The position numbers and the translations under genes were made by a program. From a bacterium (GTDB lineage: Bacteria > Verrucomicrobiota > Lentisphaeria > Victivallales > GWF2-38-69): 64,000 bases of DNA. The DNA is taken from the NCBI GenBank assembly GCA_021781705.1, contig JAJXWI010000004.1, positions 6,010 to 70,009 of the forward strand. The letters are read 5' to 3'. Position 1 is the stretch's first letter; every line of letters starts with the position of its first letter. A model generated the notes under the pieces. That model did not search any database. It saw only the letters and a program-made list of their open reading frames with translations, and had not been told where the DNA came from. Positions 29,570 through 38,809 of the stretch are shown here, piece after piece.

Positions 29570-32242
29570 TTATGGCTGAAAAACTTTTAGCATTTCGTTT
29601 ACGGAAGAGAGCTTTCCCTCGAGGTCGCAGAGGTGTTCTTTTGCGTTTTCAACCACCTCCTGTGGAGCACCGCTCAAAAACTTTTGATTCGAAAGTTTGG
29701 CTCTGGAACCATTAACCCAACCCTCGAGTTCTTTTTTCTGCTTATTAAGTTTTGCGATCTCTGATGCTATGTCTACGGCATCTTTCAGAGGGAGAAAAAG
29801 AGTGCCGCAGTTCAATACGGCAGAAGGTGTCTGGCCGTCAAATTCTTGAAACGCGCCGCCTGAGAAAATATCTAATTTTTCGGCACTTAGCATGTTTTTA
29901 ATAATCTCGAGTTGCGACCTTATGAAAGCGGAAATTGTTTTGTCTTCAATTTTTAACGCAAAATTCACTTTTTTGCCGGATGGAATATTGTAGACAGCAC
30001 GCATGTTTCGGCCTGCCCGGATGATGTCAAATTTTGATTCAACCATAGCTATTGTGGAGGTGTCATCTATTGTCTGGCCTATAGCTGTTTTCCTGAAAGA
30101 AGCTGGGTATTGCGCAAACATTATTGTTTCGCCATCTTCAAGGAATCCCATCAAGTGGGAAAGCTCTTCCGTAATATACGGCATGAATGGATGAAGAAGC
30201 ATCAAAATCTTGTGCAAAACAAAATCAAGAACGGTAAGAACCTGTTCCTTGTCTTTACCATCTGCAAAAATACGTCCTTTCGAAGATTCTATGAACCAGT
30301 CGCAGAACTCGCTCCAAACAAACTCGTAGAGTTCATGAGTAGCCATGTGAAAACTGAATTTTTCGAGATGATTGGAAACGCTTTCTACCGTCGAATTAAG
30401 CCTTGAAAGTATCCATTTTTCATCAGCGGTGAGCTTTGAAAGGTCTACATTCTCAAGGTGTTTGAACCCTGAAGTTGTTTTGCCATGTATCTGTCTGAAT
30501 CTGCAGGCATTCCAGATTTTGTTGGCAAAATTTCTGCCTATCTCGCACTTTTCATTGCTGTACCTGATGTCCAATCCTACTGGAGCTATATAAATTATTG
30601 AGAATCTCAAAGCGTCAGCTCCGTAGGTAGCAATAACCTCAAGAGGGTCAGGAGAATTGCCGAGAGATTTGCTGAGTTTTCTTCCTTGCGAATCCCTGAT
30701 TATGCTGGTAAAATATACATTGCTGAACGGAATGTCGCCCTTGAATTCAATACCCGCCATAATCATTCTGGCAACCCAGAAGAAAATAATGTCAGGTCCC
30801 GTTACCAGATCATTAGTGGGATAGAAGTATTCCTGTTCGGGTGTTTGTTCCGGCCATCCCATAATAGAAAACGGCCAGAGCCATGAGCTGAACCAGGTAT
30901 CAAGAACATCTTCTTCCTGTTTCCAATTGCCTGAAGCCGGTGATTCCATTCCTACATAAATTTCATGGGTTTCCTGATTGTGCCAGGCGGGGATTCTATG
31001 CCCCCACCATATTTGACGGCTGATGCACCAGTCCTGAATATTTTCCATCCAGTTAAAATAAACTTTTGACCACCTGTCAGGATAAAATTTTATTTTGCCG
31101 GAGCGAACAGCTTCTATTGCCGGCCTTGCCAGCTCTTTCATGTTGACAAACCACTGAGCGCTGACTCTCGGTTCAATCGGAACATCGCCTCTTTCGGAAA
31201 ACCCGACATTATGCTTATGACTATCGGCTTTTACGAGAAGCTCTTGATCTTTCATCATGGCAAGAACTTTTTTGCGGCATTCAAAACGGTCCATGCCGCA
31301 AAATTCGGCGCCAGCATTTTCATTCATTGTGGCATCGTCGTTCATTATATTCACAACTTCGAGATTATGCCTTTTTCCAACAAGAAAGTCGTTGGGATCA
31401 TGTGCCGGCGTAATTTTTACACAGCCTGTTCCGAATTCCATCTCTGCTATTTCGTCAGCTATGACCGGAATCTTTCTTCCTATTAGAGGCAAGTCTACTG
31501 TTTTTCCAATCAAATGTTTATACCTTTCATCGGCAGGATTAACAGCTACAGCCGTATCGCCAAGCATGGTTTCTGGTCTTGTTGTAGCTATTTCCAGGAA
31601 TCCGCTGCCATCAGAAAGAGGATATTTAAAATGGTAGAACGTGCCGTTAACTTCTTTGTAGATAACTTCTTCATCAGAAAGTGCCGTCAGGGATGTCGGG
31701 CACCAGTTTATCATTCTAACCCCGCGGTAAATATATCCTTTGTTATAAAGGTCAATAAAAACCTTGTTTACAGCCTGGTTTAACCCTTCATCCAGTGTAA
31801 AACGCTCTCTTTCCCAGTCGCACGAGCAGCCTAGTTTTTTAAGTTGTTCGATAATTGTTCCGCCGTATTCCTTTTTCCACGTCCAGACCTTTTCTATAAA
31901 TGTATCGCGTCCGAGATCGTGCCTGGTTTTTCCTTCCTTCTCTCTTAACATTTTTTCAACACGACTTTCGGTAGCGATGCCAGCGTGGTCAGTCCCGGGG
32001 AACCAGCAGGCAGAATACCCCTGCATCCTTTTCCATCTTATCAGAATATCTTGAAGTGTATTGTTTAGGACATGTCCCAGCGTAAGTATCCCCGTAACAT
32101 TTGGCGGAGGAATAACTATAGAATATGGCTTTTTATTCTTATCAACTATACCCTTAAAGTAGCCCCTCTCTTTCCATAACGGAAACCATTTCGCCTCAAC
32201 ACTGGCAGGCTCGTATGCTTTTGGGATCTCTTTTGAACTCAT
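29570..32242 (-). CDS. valS: valine--tRNA ligase
   Basis: PPPNVTG-TLGH (HIGH variant), DHAGIAT, DWCISRQ, KLSKS, C-terminal coiled coil. Confidence 0.98.
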   Translation of the reverse strand: MSSKEIPKAYEPASVEAKWFPLWKERGYFKGIVDKNKKPYSIVIPPPNVTGILTLGHVLNNTLQDILIRWKRMQGYSACWFPGTDHAGIATESRVEKMLREKEGKTRHDLGRDTFIEKVWTWKKEYGGTIIEQLKKLGCSCDWERERFTLDEGLNQAVNKVFIDLYNKGYIYRGVRMINWCPTSLTALSDEEVIYKEVNGTFYHFKYPLSDGSGFLEIATTRPETMLGDTAVAVNPADERYKHLIGKTVDLPLIGRKIPVIADEIAEMEFGTGCVKITPAHDPNDFLVGKRHNLEVVNIMNDDATMNENAGAEFCGMDRFECRKKVLAMMKDQELLVKADSHKHNVGFSERGDVPIEPRVSAQWFVNMKELARPAIEAVRSGKIKFYPDRWSKVYFNWMENIQDWCISRQIWWGHRIPAWHNQETHEIYVGMESPASGNWKQEEDVLDTWFSSWLWPFSIMGWPEQTPEQEYFYPTNDLVTGPDIIFFWVARMIMAGIEFKGDIPFSNVYFTSIIRDSQGRKLSKSLGNSPDPLEVIATYGADALRFSIIYIAPVGLDIRYSNEKCEIGRNFANKIWNACRFRQIHGKTTSGFKHLENVDLSKLTADEKWILSRLNSTVESVSNHLEKFSFHMATHELYEFVWSEFCDWFIESSKGRIFADGKDKEQVLTVLDFVLHKILMLLHPFMPYITEELSHLMGFLEDGETIMFAQYPASFRKTAIGQTIDDTSTIAMVESKFDIIRAGRNMRAVYNIPSGKKVNFALKIEDKTISAFIRSQLEIIKNMLSAEKLDIFSGGAFQEFDGQTPSAVLNCGTLFLPLKDAVDIASEIAKLNKQKKELEGWVNGSRAKLSNQKFLSGAPQEVVENAKEHLCDLEGKLSSVNEMLKVFQP

Positions 32243-32294
32243 TATCTTCTGCGCTCCATAAAGTCTGTGTTAATTTCAATTATTGTATAAACAA

Positions 32295-32325
32295 TAAAAA
32301 AAGCAGTCGGGCTTACCAGACTGCT
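32295..32325 (-). terminator. intrinsic terminator after rpmB
   Basis: AGCAGTC/GACTGCT stem plus T7 on the minus strand. Confidence 0.7.
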
Positions 32326-32357
32326 CTAACTTCCAAAGCAAATAAATTTTTCAGACA

Positions 32358-32585
32358 CTATGCTTTCTGAACTTTGCCTGAACGAATGCAAGACGTGCAA
32401 ACCTTTACTCTCTTTACTTGGCCATTCACGCTAGCTTTAGCCACTTGCAGATTAGGTTTGAATGTTCTTTTGTTGTTTTTTACAACGTGCATTCCAATCC
32501 CGCCTTTTTTCTTGGCAAGACCTTTTCTTGTAATTGTACCGCCAACAACTTTCGTTTTGCCGCAGATATCACAAACAGTACTCAT
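32358..32585 (-). CDS. rpmB: 50S ribosomal protein L28
   Basis: MSTVCDICGK...KKKGGIG...RTFKPNLQ...VCTSCIRS; AAGGAG RBS. Confidence 0.96.
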   Translation of the reverse strand: MSTVCDICGKTKVVGGTITRKGLAKKKGGIGMHVVKNNKRTFKPNLQVAKASVNGQVKRVKVCTSCIRSGKVQKA

Positions 32586-32633
32586 TTCGGCCATCTCCTT
32601 CAAAAAATATATAAACAACTATAATACTAAAAA

Positions 32634-32709
32634 TGGTGGGTTTGCTGGGATTCGAACCCAGGACCCCCTGCTTAAAAGGCAGGTGCATCTACCACTGAGC
32701 TACAAACCC
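32634..32709 (-). tRNA. tRNA-Lys(TTT)
   Basis: Reverse complement GGGTTTGTAGCTCAGTGGTAGATGCACCTGCCTTTTAAGCAGGGGGTCCTGGGTTCGAATCCCAGCAAACCCACCA. Confidence 0.93.
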
Positions 32710-32831
32710 GAAAAACAGAGCTAATAAATTACTAACTATTGAAATCTAATCAAGCTGTAAAACGAAAAAATACCTTATTTTTTTAACTTAAAATTCTAAT
32801 CACTTAAGTTTGTTATAACTTGCAGTTAAAC

Positions 32832-33740
32832 TTATCCTTTCTTTTCAGTATCAAGAGAAGCATCCCAAATGCGCGTACAATTTCGCCCAGAACGTTTTGC
32901 GGCATACAATGCTCTGTCAGATCTCTCGATGGATTGCTCGGCCGTGACATCTGCGTCAATAAGCGTAAGTCCAAATGATGCGGTAATGCGGATTTCCTTG
33001 CCTTCGTAAGAAATACTGCTTGCGGCAATCCCTTCACGCAATAGTTCAATAATCTTTAACCCTGATTTTATGTCAGTATTTTGCATGACAATTAGAAATT
33101 CTTCTCCCCCATAACGAAACAGCTTGTCGTACGGCCTTAGGTTAAGCATTATATGGTTTGCTACCGAGGCTAAGACCTGGTCGCCTGCCAGATGCCCATG
33201 AATGTCATTGATCGACTTGAAATGATCCAGATCCACCATCGCAATGCAGCATGACTCAACATTTCGTTTAACAAGTTCCTGCAATTCATGCAATTTAGTC
33301 AACATGCCAATACGTGTGCAAGCGCGGGTGAGCGGGTCATGATTATACAATAAATCCTCAAGTTCATATTTCAGTGTCTGAAGCTGGAGGCGCAGATTAT
33401 TAATCGAATTACTAAAATTTTCGTAATCAATAAAGGAAATTGCCTCACCAGTACTCTTTTTTATTAGCAATTTTGCGGCAAGCCGATGCATACGCTCATG
33501 CTCAGTCTCTATCGCAATAAAACCTGAATGCCCCGATTTGTGAAGGTCTTGAGCATAGAACCACTGTCCAAAACGGCACTTTCTGTGCGCATCATTTTCC
33601 ACATCGCGTCCGTCGGGCGACATGCTGCATATCAAAGTGCGTAAAAGAGACTCATACCATTGATTGTGGTTATAAAGGGCTTGATCTAATTGCAACAGAG
33701 TATCCCTCAATTCGTTATTGTTTAAGTTCAGCATAGTCAT
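32832..33740 (-). CDS. CZB-GGDEF diguanylate cyclase (DgcZ-like)
   Basis: H..W, HRKCRFGQW, H..MH zinc-binding CZB; DLDHFK, RYGGEEF; GGAGG before ATG 33740. Confidence 0.9.
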   Translation of the reverse strand: MTMLNLNNNELRDTLLQLDQALYNHNQWYESLLRTLICSMSPDGRDVENDAHRKCRFGQWFYAQDLHKSGHSGFIAIETEHERMHRLAAKLLIKKSTGEAISFIDYENFSNSINNLRLQLQTLKYELEDLLYNHDPLTRACTRIGMLTKLHELQELVKRNVESCCIAMVDLDHFKSINDIHGHLAGDQVLASVANHIMLNLRPYDKLFRYGGEEFLIVMQNTDIKSGLKIIELLREGIAASSISYEGKEIRITASFGLTLIDADVTAEQSIERSDRALYAAKRSGRNCTRIWDASLDTEKKG

Positions 33741-34123
33741 TTCGTGTGCCTCCTTTTTTAATAAATAAAGCATTTACTCATGGCAGGTATTTTTTTGAGT
33801 AATTTTAAGTATATACTAATTCAGTGCAAGCTGTCAACCTTCTTAAGCTTAAATGCATTCAATTTACATTTAATCGGACGAAACAGAGGACAAGTATTAT
33901 TCGGCAAAACAGAAAATTTATAGCATCTTCAAGAAGTTTAAGGATAAATTGGAAACGTAGAAAACCAGCAAATCTAACTCATACGCTTTTGCCGATGTCA
34001 GAAGAAAAACCAGAAATTTTATTCTGGCAGCTATATCTGAGCGTTCATCTTGATTATATTAATAATGAGAAAAAGAGAAGTTCTGAGCTAGTTACAAATA
34101 ATAATAACATAAGGATTTTTAGA

Positions 34124-34351
34124 ATGCCTATTTTTGAATATCAGTGCAAAGGATGTGGAAAAATTTTTGAAAAATTAACTTTTGATAGGGTTAAAATACC
34201 GGAATGCCCCTCCTGCAAATCTAGTGATACGGAAAAGAAATTGTCTATGTTTAGCGGAATAGTGTCAGGCTCAGATAAAAGCTGTCCTGCAAAAAGCACC
34301 TGCGAATCGTCAGGTCATACCTGCGGCAGCTGCTGCCCAATGCACCATTAG
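34124..34351 (+). CDS. FmdB-family zinc-ribbon protein
   Basis: MPIFEYQCKGCG...CPSC...KKLS; AAGGA upstream; Cys-rich tail. Confidence 0.88.
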   Translation: MPIFEYQCKGCGKIFEKLTFDRVKIPECPSCKSSDTEKKLSMFSGIVSGSDKSCPAKSTCESSGHTCGSCCPMHH

Positions 34352-34507
34352 GATAGTTGGTGGTTGGTGGACAAACTAACAACAGTCAGCTGTAAACTTA
34401 TAGATAAAAAGCGTTGCTGCACTCTGTCCAGAAAACGCTATTTATTCGTGCAGCTTAGCAATAAAAATTAACTAAACTAGTACAAATGTCGAATGCTGGT
34501 GAATGAG

Positions 34508-34597
34508 ATGGAGGGCCTCGCTTCGTCGAGGCCGAAAATAAGTGCGGACGAGCCGACCCTGCTAAAACGCATGGTAAAAGCTCGTCCCTCCCTCCAT
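34508..34597. repeat. GC-rich REP/REPIN-like double hairpin
   Basis: ATGGAGGG...CCCTCCAT outer inverted repeat enclosing GGCCTCG/CGAGGCC and GGACGAGC/GCTCGTCC hairpins. Confidence 0.7.
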
Positions 34598-34804
34598 ATG
34601 ATTTACCGAACTCTTACGATTAGCAAGGCCGCTTTCGCTCGAAAAAATAGTGAGCTTCATACAAACACACATTTACTAATCAAAACTAAAGACTGTTCGG
34701 ACGAAACCTTATACTCCACATTTTTAGCTAAATGGGAACTGCAGATTTCGTGGCTTGAGCTGTCGGTGAGTTTGAAATCGTTTTCCTATATGCCGTTAAA
34801 AAGT

Positions 34805-34867
34805 TGCCAACGATGAAAGGCTTACTTAACTGCTTAAATTGAAATGTATTATGAGCCCTTGTTATGC
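34805..34867 (-). mobile_element. attC-like recombination site
   Basis: Minus strand GCATAAC-AAGGGCTCA...TAAGCCTTT-CATC-GTTGGCA, 63 bp, overlapping the 3' end of the upstream gene. Confidence 0.5.
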
Positions 34868-35484
34868 GCAGTTTCTATTTTGCGTTTTTCAATCCAGGTC
34901 TTCATATTTTCTATTATCTCACTAAAAGGTAGCGCTTCAAAATCATTTGAATCAAGGCCCGCTTTTTTTAATACTTTGTCATTTTTATAGCTAAAGTCAT
35001 TATATTCTAACCATATTTCCTTATATCCAGGAATATTTGTTTTTTGGGTCTTGAACCAATCTCTAACGACCTTAATTATTTTTTCAGGGTTGTTTTCGTG
35101 TGCAAAGATATCATTACCTGAAATATCTGATATAACTTGCTTGTATCTGTGCTTTTCTTTTTCAAGTATTAAAATTTTTTTATCAGAGTACAATTTATCA
35201 TCAGATAATTTCAAACCAAAATCAATACCACATTCAAAAGGCATGTTAAATCTTGGAAGATCATTATCTTTTAATGGCTCCATCCTGGACAAATCATGAA
35301 TTGAGTATTTTGAGTTAGATATCAATCTCTTAATTTGTGAAAGTCTAAATTCTCCGCTATCTGATGTTTCTGATATTTGAGGATTAATATTATTATATAT
35401 CAGTGTAAATAATAATGGTTTTAAAAGTGGAAAATATGAATTATCAAATGGACAATTTATGAAAGCATTTTCCTGGTAAATCAT
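34849..35484 (-). CDS. nucleoside 2-deoxyribosyltransferase/TIR-like hypothetical protein
   Basis: AFINCPFD, I..S.YSIHDLSR, PRFNMPFECG (candidate catalytic Glu), ISDISGND. Confidence 0.7.
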   Translation of the reverse strand: MIYQENAFINCPFDNSYFPLLKPLLFTLIYNNINPQISETSDSGEFRLSQIKRLISNSKYSIHDLSRMEPLKDNDLPRFNMPFECGIDFGLKLSDDKLYSDKKILILEKEKHRYKQVISDISGNDIFAHENNPEKIIKVVRDWFKTQKTNIPGYKEIWLEYNDFSYKNDKVLKKAGLDSNDFEALPFSEIIENMKTWIEKRKIETAHNKGS

Positions 35485-35497
35485 CGCTAATATTTTT

Positions 35498-35896
35498 TTA
35501 TTTCTTTTTTACAGTTGAATTATTAAGGATAATTTCAGAAGCCGACATATTAATCGCCTCATTTAAAGCGCTATCTATAGTTGAAAAAGTAGAAGTAACT
35601 TTCTTTAATCCTACAGGTTGCACTATCCATGAATCTTTTTTATTTAAAATTCTAACTCTCTTATTATTTGTGAAGGCTCCGTCACTTTTATGAACAACAA
35701 TAGAAGACGCTGATTTTATATTTGCAGCAACTTTTAATGCATTAAATTCGGATGGTTTAATCACTAATGCTTTTTTAGCTCCTTCCTTTTTTACTGACCA
35801 TCCATCTAAACTTTCAATAATATGAACAGTTCCACTGTTTACGGTTGCAGCTTGTCTAAAGCTTTCTAATAATTTGTTTTGCCTTAATTTTGCCAT
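35498..35896 (-). CDS. DUF2188-like protein with tandem repeat
   Basis: HIIESLDGWSVKKEGAKKA...IVVHKSDG, then a second unit RILNKKDSWIVQPVGLKK...STFST..AL..A; AGGAAG RBS. Confidence 0.7.
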   Translation of the reverse strand: MAKLRQNKLLESFRQAATVNSGTVHIIESLDGWSVKKEGAKKALVIKPSEFNALKVAANIKSASSIVVHKSDGAFTNNKRVRILNKKDSWIVQPVGLKKVTSTFSTIDSALNEAINMSASEIILNNSTVKKK

Positions 35897-35934
35897 ATCT
35901 TCCTGTATATTTTTATGTTGGTATTATTTGCATA

Positions 35935-38379
35935 TCAGATAAACAAAGTTGTGGAGCTTTGTTCGGAGAGTGCGGCAAAATTTGCTACTCCTGCTATTTC
36001 AACGCCATCAATGAGTTCTTCGGGTTTGATTCCCATTACATTCATGGCCATATCACAGGCAAGAAATTTTACGCCTATTTCTTGCGCCTGTTTCATGAGC
36101 TCTGGAAGAGTCCCGACATTCTTATTCTTCATTACATGCTTCATCATAGCAGTTCCCATTCCCATCATGTGCATTTTTGAGAGAGCCAACTTTCCCGCGC
36201 CTCTCGGCATCATAAAGCCAAACATCCTGCTCAATAAGTCTTTCTTTACTAATGGTGGACTTTCTTTTCGAAGCACGTTTAAACCCCAGAATGTGCAGAA
36301 TATTGAGACACCGTGCCCGAGCGAAGCAAAGCCTGTCGCAATTATCATTGCGGCCATAGCCTTATCCAGGTCATTTGAAAAAAGAACAATTGTGCTCTTT
36401 TTATTTTTCACCGTATTGCAGCTCGTATTGGTTTGAGAAATACAAGCCTCAGTTTTTCTGATAAGAGCCTCTATTCTATTTCCATCTTTTTTAATATCTG
36501 TCAAAACATTTCCGGTGGAACTGCACCAGGAAGGTAAATCTTTGAAAAACCCGATGTCATTTGCGATAACTTTTAGTACTTGCCCTACACTCAATAAATT
36601 TAAAGCTTCCCTTACTTTAACTATCGGACCTGGACACTGTAATCCGCAAATGTCTATTTCTTTGTCAAAATTCGGCGCCATATTCTCCTCAGTTTCAGAC
36701 TTAAAAACGCCTTTTGTTGTAAAATAGTCATCACTAACTGCTGTAAAGGTTGTGGGCTGGTAAAGTTTCCAGACAAGATATCCTCCGCTCAAATTCTTAA
36801 CTTTATAGCCATTATTCTTAAAAATTCTTTCCGCGATGTATCCTCGTAATCCGACTCTGCAAAATACAACAATCAGTTTTTCTTTTTGAAATCTACTAAG
36901 ATTTTTCCTTACTGCTCCAAGGGGAATGTTTACTGCTCCCGGAATAGTCCCTGCCTCAAACTCATCCGGCCCTCTTACATCGACAAGGAAAGCATCTTCA
37001 GGAATATTATCGGAATTCACAATTTCAGATTTTCCGCTCAAAATATCCGAGCCGACAAAACCTGCAATATTGATGGGGTCTTTTGCGGAATTGTAAGGCG
37101 GGGCATAAGCCAGTTCGAGTTCTTCAAGATCATGCAAAGCAAGGCCGGTTCTTATTGCAATTGCGAGTGCATCTATTCTTTTATCTACACTCTTTCCGCC
37201 TACAATCTGAGAGCCAAGTATTTTTCCGGATTTGTCCGCTATTATCTTAACGAACATGCTCTCTGAACCAGGATAATACGAGGCATTCGATCCCGGCACT
37301 ACATAATACTTGAAGTAATCAACTTTTTCAGCTTTCAACTTTCTCTCGTTGCATCCGACACAGGCGGCAGTAAGGTTAAATACCTTGCATATTGCAGTTC
37401 CAAGCGAACCTTTATATTCTTTTTCTGCTCCAAAAACATTGTCCGCTGCAATTCTTCCCTGCTTGTTAGCCGGACCTGCCAACGGGATCATAGTTTGTTT
37501 ATTGAGGATCAAATCATTTACTTCTGCAGCATCACCAACAGCAAAAACATCAACGACATTTGTTCGAAGACATTTGTCAACGACTATTCCGCCTCTTGAA
37601 TTAAGTTTTATTCCAGAATCCTTTAAGAATTCGGTATTTGGCGTCACGCCTATGGAAAATATTACGATATCTGCGGTTATGCATGAACCTTTGTCTGTGG
37701 TAAGTATAAACTTTTTGCTCGCATCTTTATCTATCTTAATAACGGATGTGTTGAGCATAAGATTTATGCCATTTGAAATCATTTCTTTTTCAAGAATAGA
37801 AGCCATTTCCTTGTCAAACGGGGGCAGAAGCTGATCAATTTTTTCGATGATAGTTGTTTTTATTCCCAGTCCAGCCAGGTTTTCGGCAACTTCAATACCG
37901 ATAAAGCCTCCGCCCACGACTACCGCATTTCTGGCTCCATCTTTTATTTTTGCAATAATCTTGTCCATATCAGGAATGGTCCAGAGAACGTCTACATCGT
38001 TGTCTTTTATGCCTGGAATATCTGGAATAAATGGCATGGATCCGGGAGAAAGTATAAGTTTATCGTATGATTCGGTATAAACTTTTCCGTTTGATAAGTC
38101 TTTTACTGTAATTTCTTTTTTACTAGGAGAGACACTGATGACTTCATTTTTTATCCTGACTTCGATATTAGCCCGTTTTTTTAAAGCTTCCGGAGTCATT
38201 ACCAGGAGGTCTTCTCTCTCTCTTATTACCTTTCCCACATGGTAAGGAAGCCCGCAGTTGGCAAAAGAAACATATTCCCCTTTTTCAAACAATATTATTT
38301 CTGTATCTTCACTGTTTCGCCTTGCTCTTGCCGCAGCACTGGCTCCGCCCGCAACTCCGCCAACTATTAAAAGTTTCAT
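35935..38379 (-). CDS. CoA-disulfide/persulfide reductase-rhodanese-TusA-DsrE fusion
   Basis: GGVAGG, SFANCGLPY, GGGFIG, YAPPY; rhodanese CRVGLRG; CPGP (TusA/SirA); TFWGL and ACDMAM (DsrE-like). Confidence 0.93.
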   Translation of the reverse strand: MKLLIVGGVAGGASAAARARRNSEDTEIILFEKGEYVSFANCGLPYHVGKVIREREDLLVMTPEALKKRANIEVRIKNEVISVSPSKKEITVKDLSNGKVYTESYDKLILSPGSMPFIPDIPGIKDNDVDVLWTIPDMDKIIAKIKDGARNAVVVGGGFIGIEVAENLAGLGIKTTIIEKIDQLLPPFDKEMASILEKEMISNGINLMLNTSVIKIDKDASKKFILTTDKGSCITADIVIFSIGVTPNTEFLKDSGIKLNSRGGIVVDKCLRTNVVDVFAVGDAAEVNDLILNKQTMIPLAGPANKQGRIAADNVFGAEKEYKGSLGTAICKVFNLTAACVGCNERKLKAEKVDYFKYYVVPGSNASYYPGSESMFVKIIADKSGKILGSQIVGGKSVDKRIDALAIAIRTGLALHDLEELELAYAPPYNSAKDPINIAGFVGSDILSGKSEIVNSDNIPEDAFLVDVRGPDEFEAGTIPGAVNIPLGAVRKNLSRFQKEKLIVVFCRVGLRGYIAERIFKNNGYKVKNLSGGYLVWKLYQPTTFTAVSDDYFTTKGVFKSETEENMAPNFDKEIDICGLQCPGPIVKVREALNLLSVGQVLKVIANDIGFFKDLPSWCSSTGNVLTDIKKDGNRIEALIRKTEACISQTNTSCNTVKNKKSTIVLFSNDLDKAMAAMIIATGFASLGHGVSIFCTFWGLNVLRKESPPLVKKDLLSRMFGFMMPRGAGKLALSKMHMMGMGTAMMKHVMKNKNVGTLPELMKQAQEIGVKFLACDMAMNVMGIKPEELIDGVEIAGVANFAALSEQSSTTLFI

Positions 38380-38585
38380 ATAACTCCTTTATTTCTAGAA
38401 TTCCGGCACTACATAGTTGCGGAAGACTGATAAATTACTTTACATCTTTTTGCGCAGGCATCAAACGTCTGCGCGGATTTCTTCGACTCCACCACCACTG
38501 TTTTATCTAATAGTTCGCGTACTTTTTCTGCCATCATGATGGCTTATGAGTTGTATAATTATAGTAAAGGCAAAAAAAGCAAACC

Positions 38586-38789
38586 CTAAATTTTATTAGA
38601 ATAAACAAGTCTGGCAAAATGTTCAAAAGATCTGTCGTAAGTAGCTTCTGATTCAGCATTGAAACAGCATCCTGGAAGTTCTCTGTTTTTTAAATGATGA
38701 CTCAAACATTCACAACATACGCCTTTTCTGGGACACGGGTCATAAGTACAATTACAGTGTTCTTTATTTGTATCTTTTTTACAGTTCAT
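38586..38789 (-). CDS. small Cys-rich protein (DUF6485-like)
   Basis: CNCTYDPCPRKGVCCECL.HH....LPGC.F....E.TYDRS. Confidence 0.8.
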   Translation of the reverse strand: MNCKKDTNKEHCNCTYDPCPRKGVCCECLSHHLKNRELPGCCFNAESEATYDRSFEHFARLVYSNKI

Positions 38790-38809
38790 AAAACTCTCTA
38801 TTTAGATAT

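Noticed and set aside
33824-34123. N-terminal 100 aa of the 175-aa ORF
   Set aside because: The FmdB motif starts at ATG 34124 with its own RBS; the extension looks non-coding
34493-34816. 107-aa plus-strand ORF
   Set aside because: Runs through the REP-like palindromes and into the attC-like site; no protein motif
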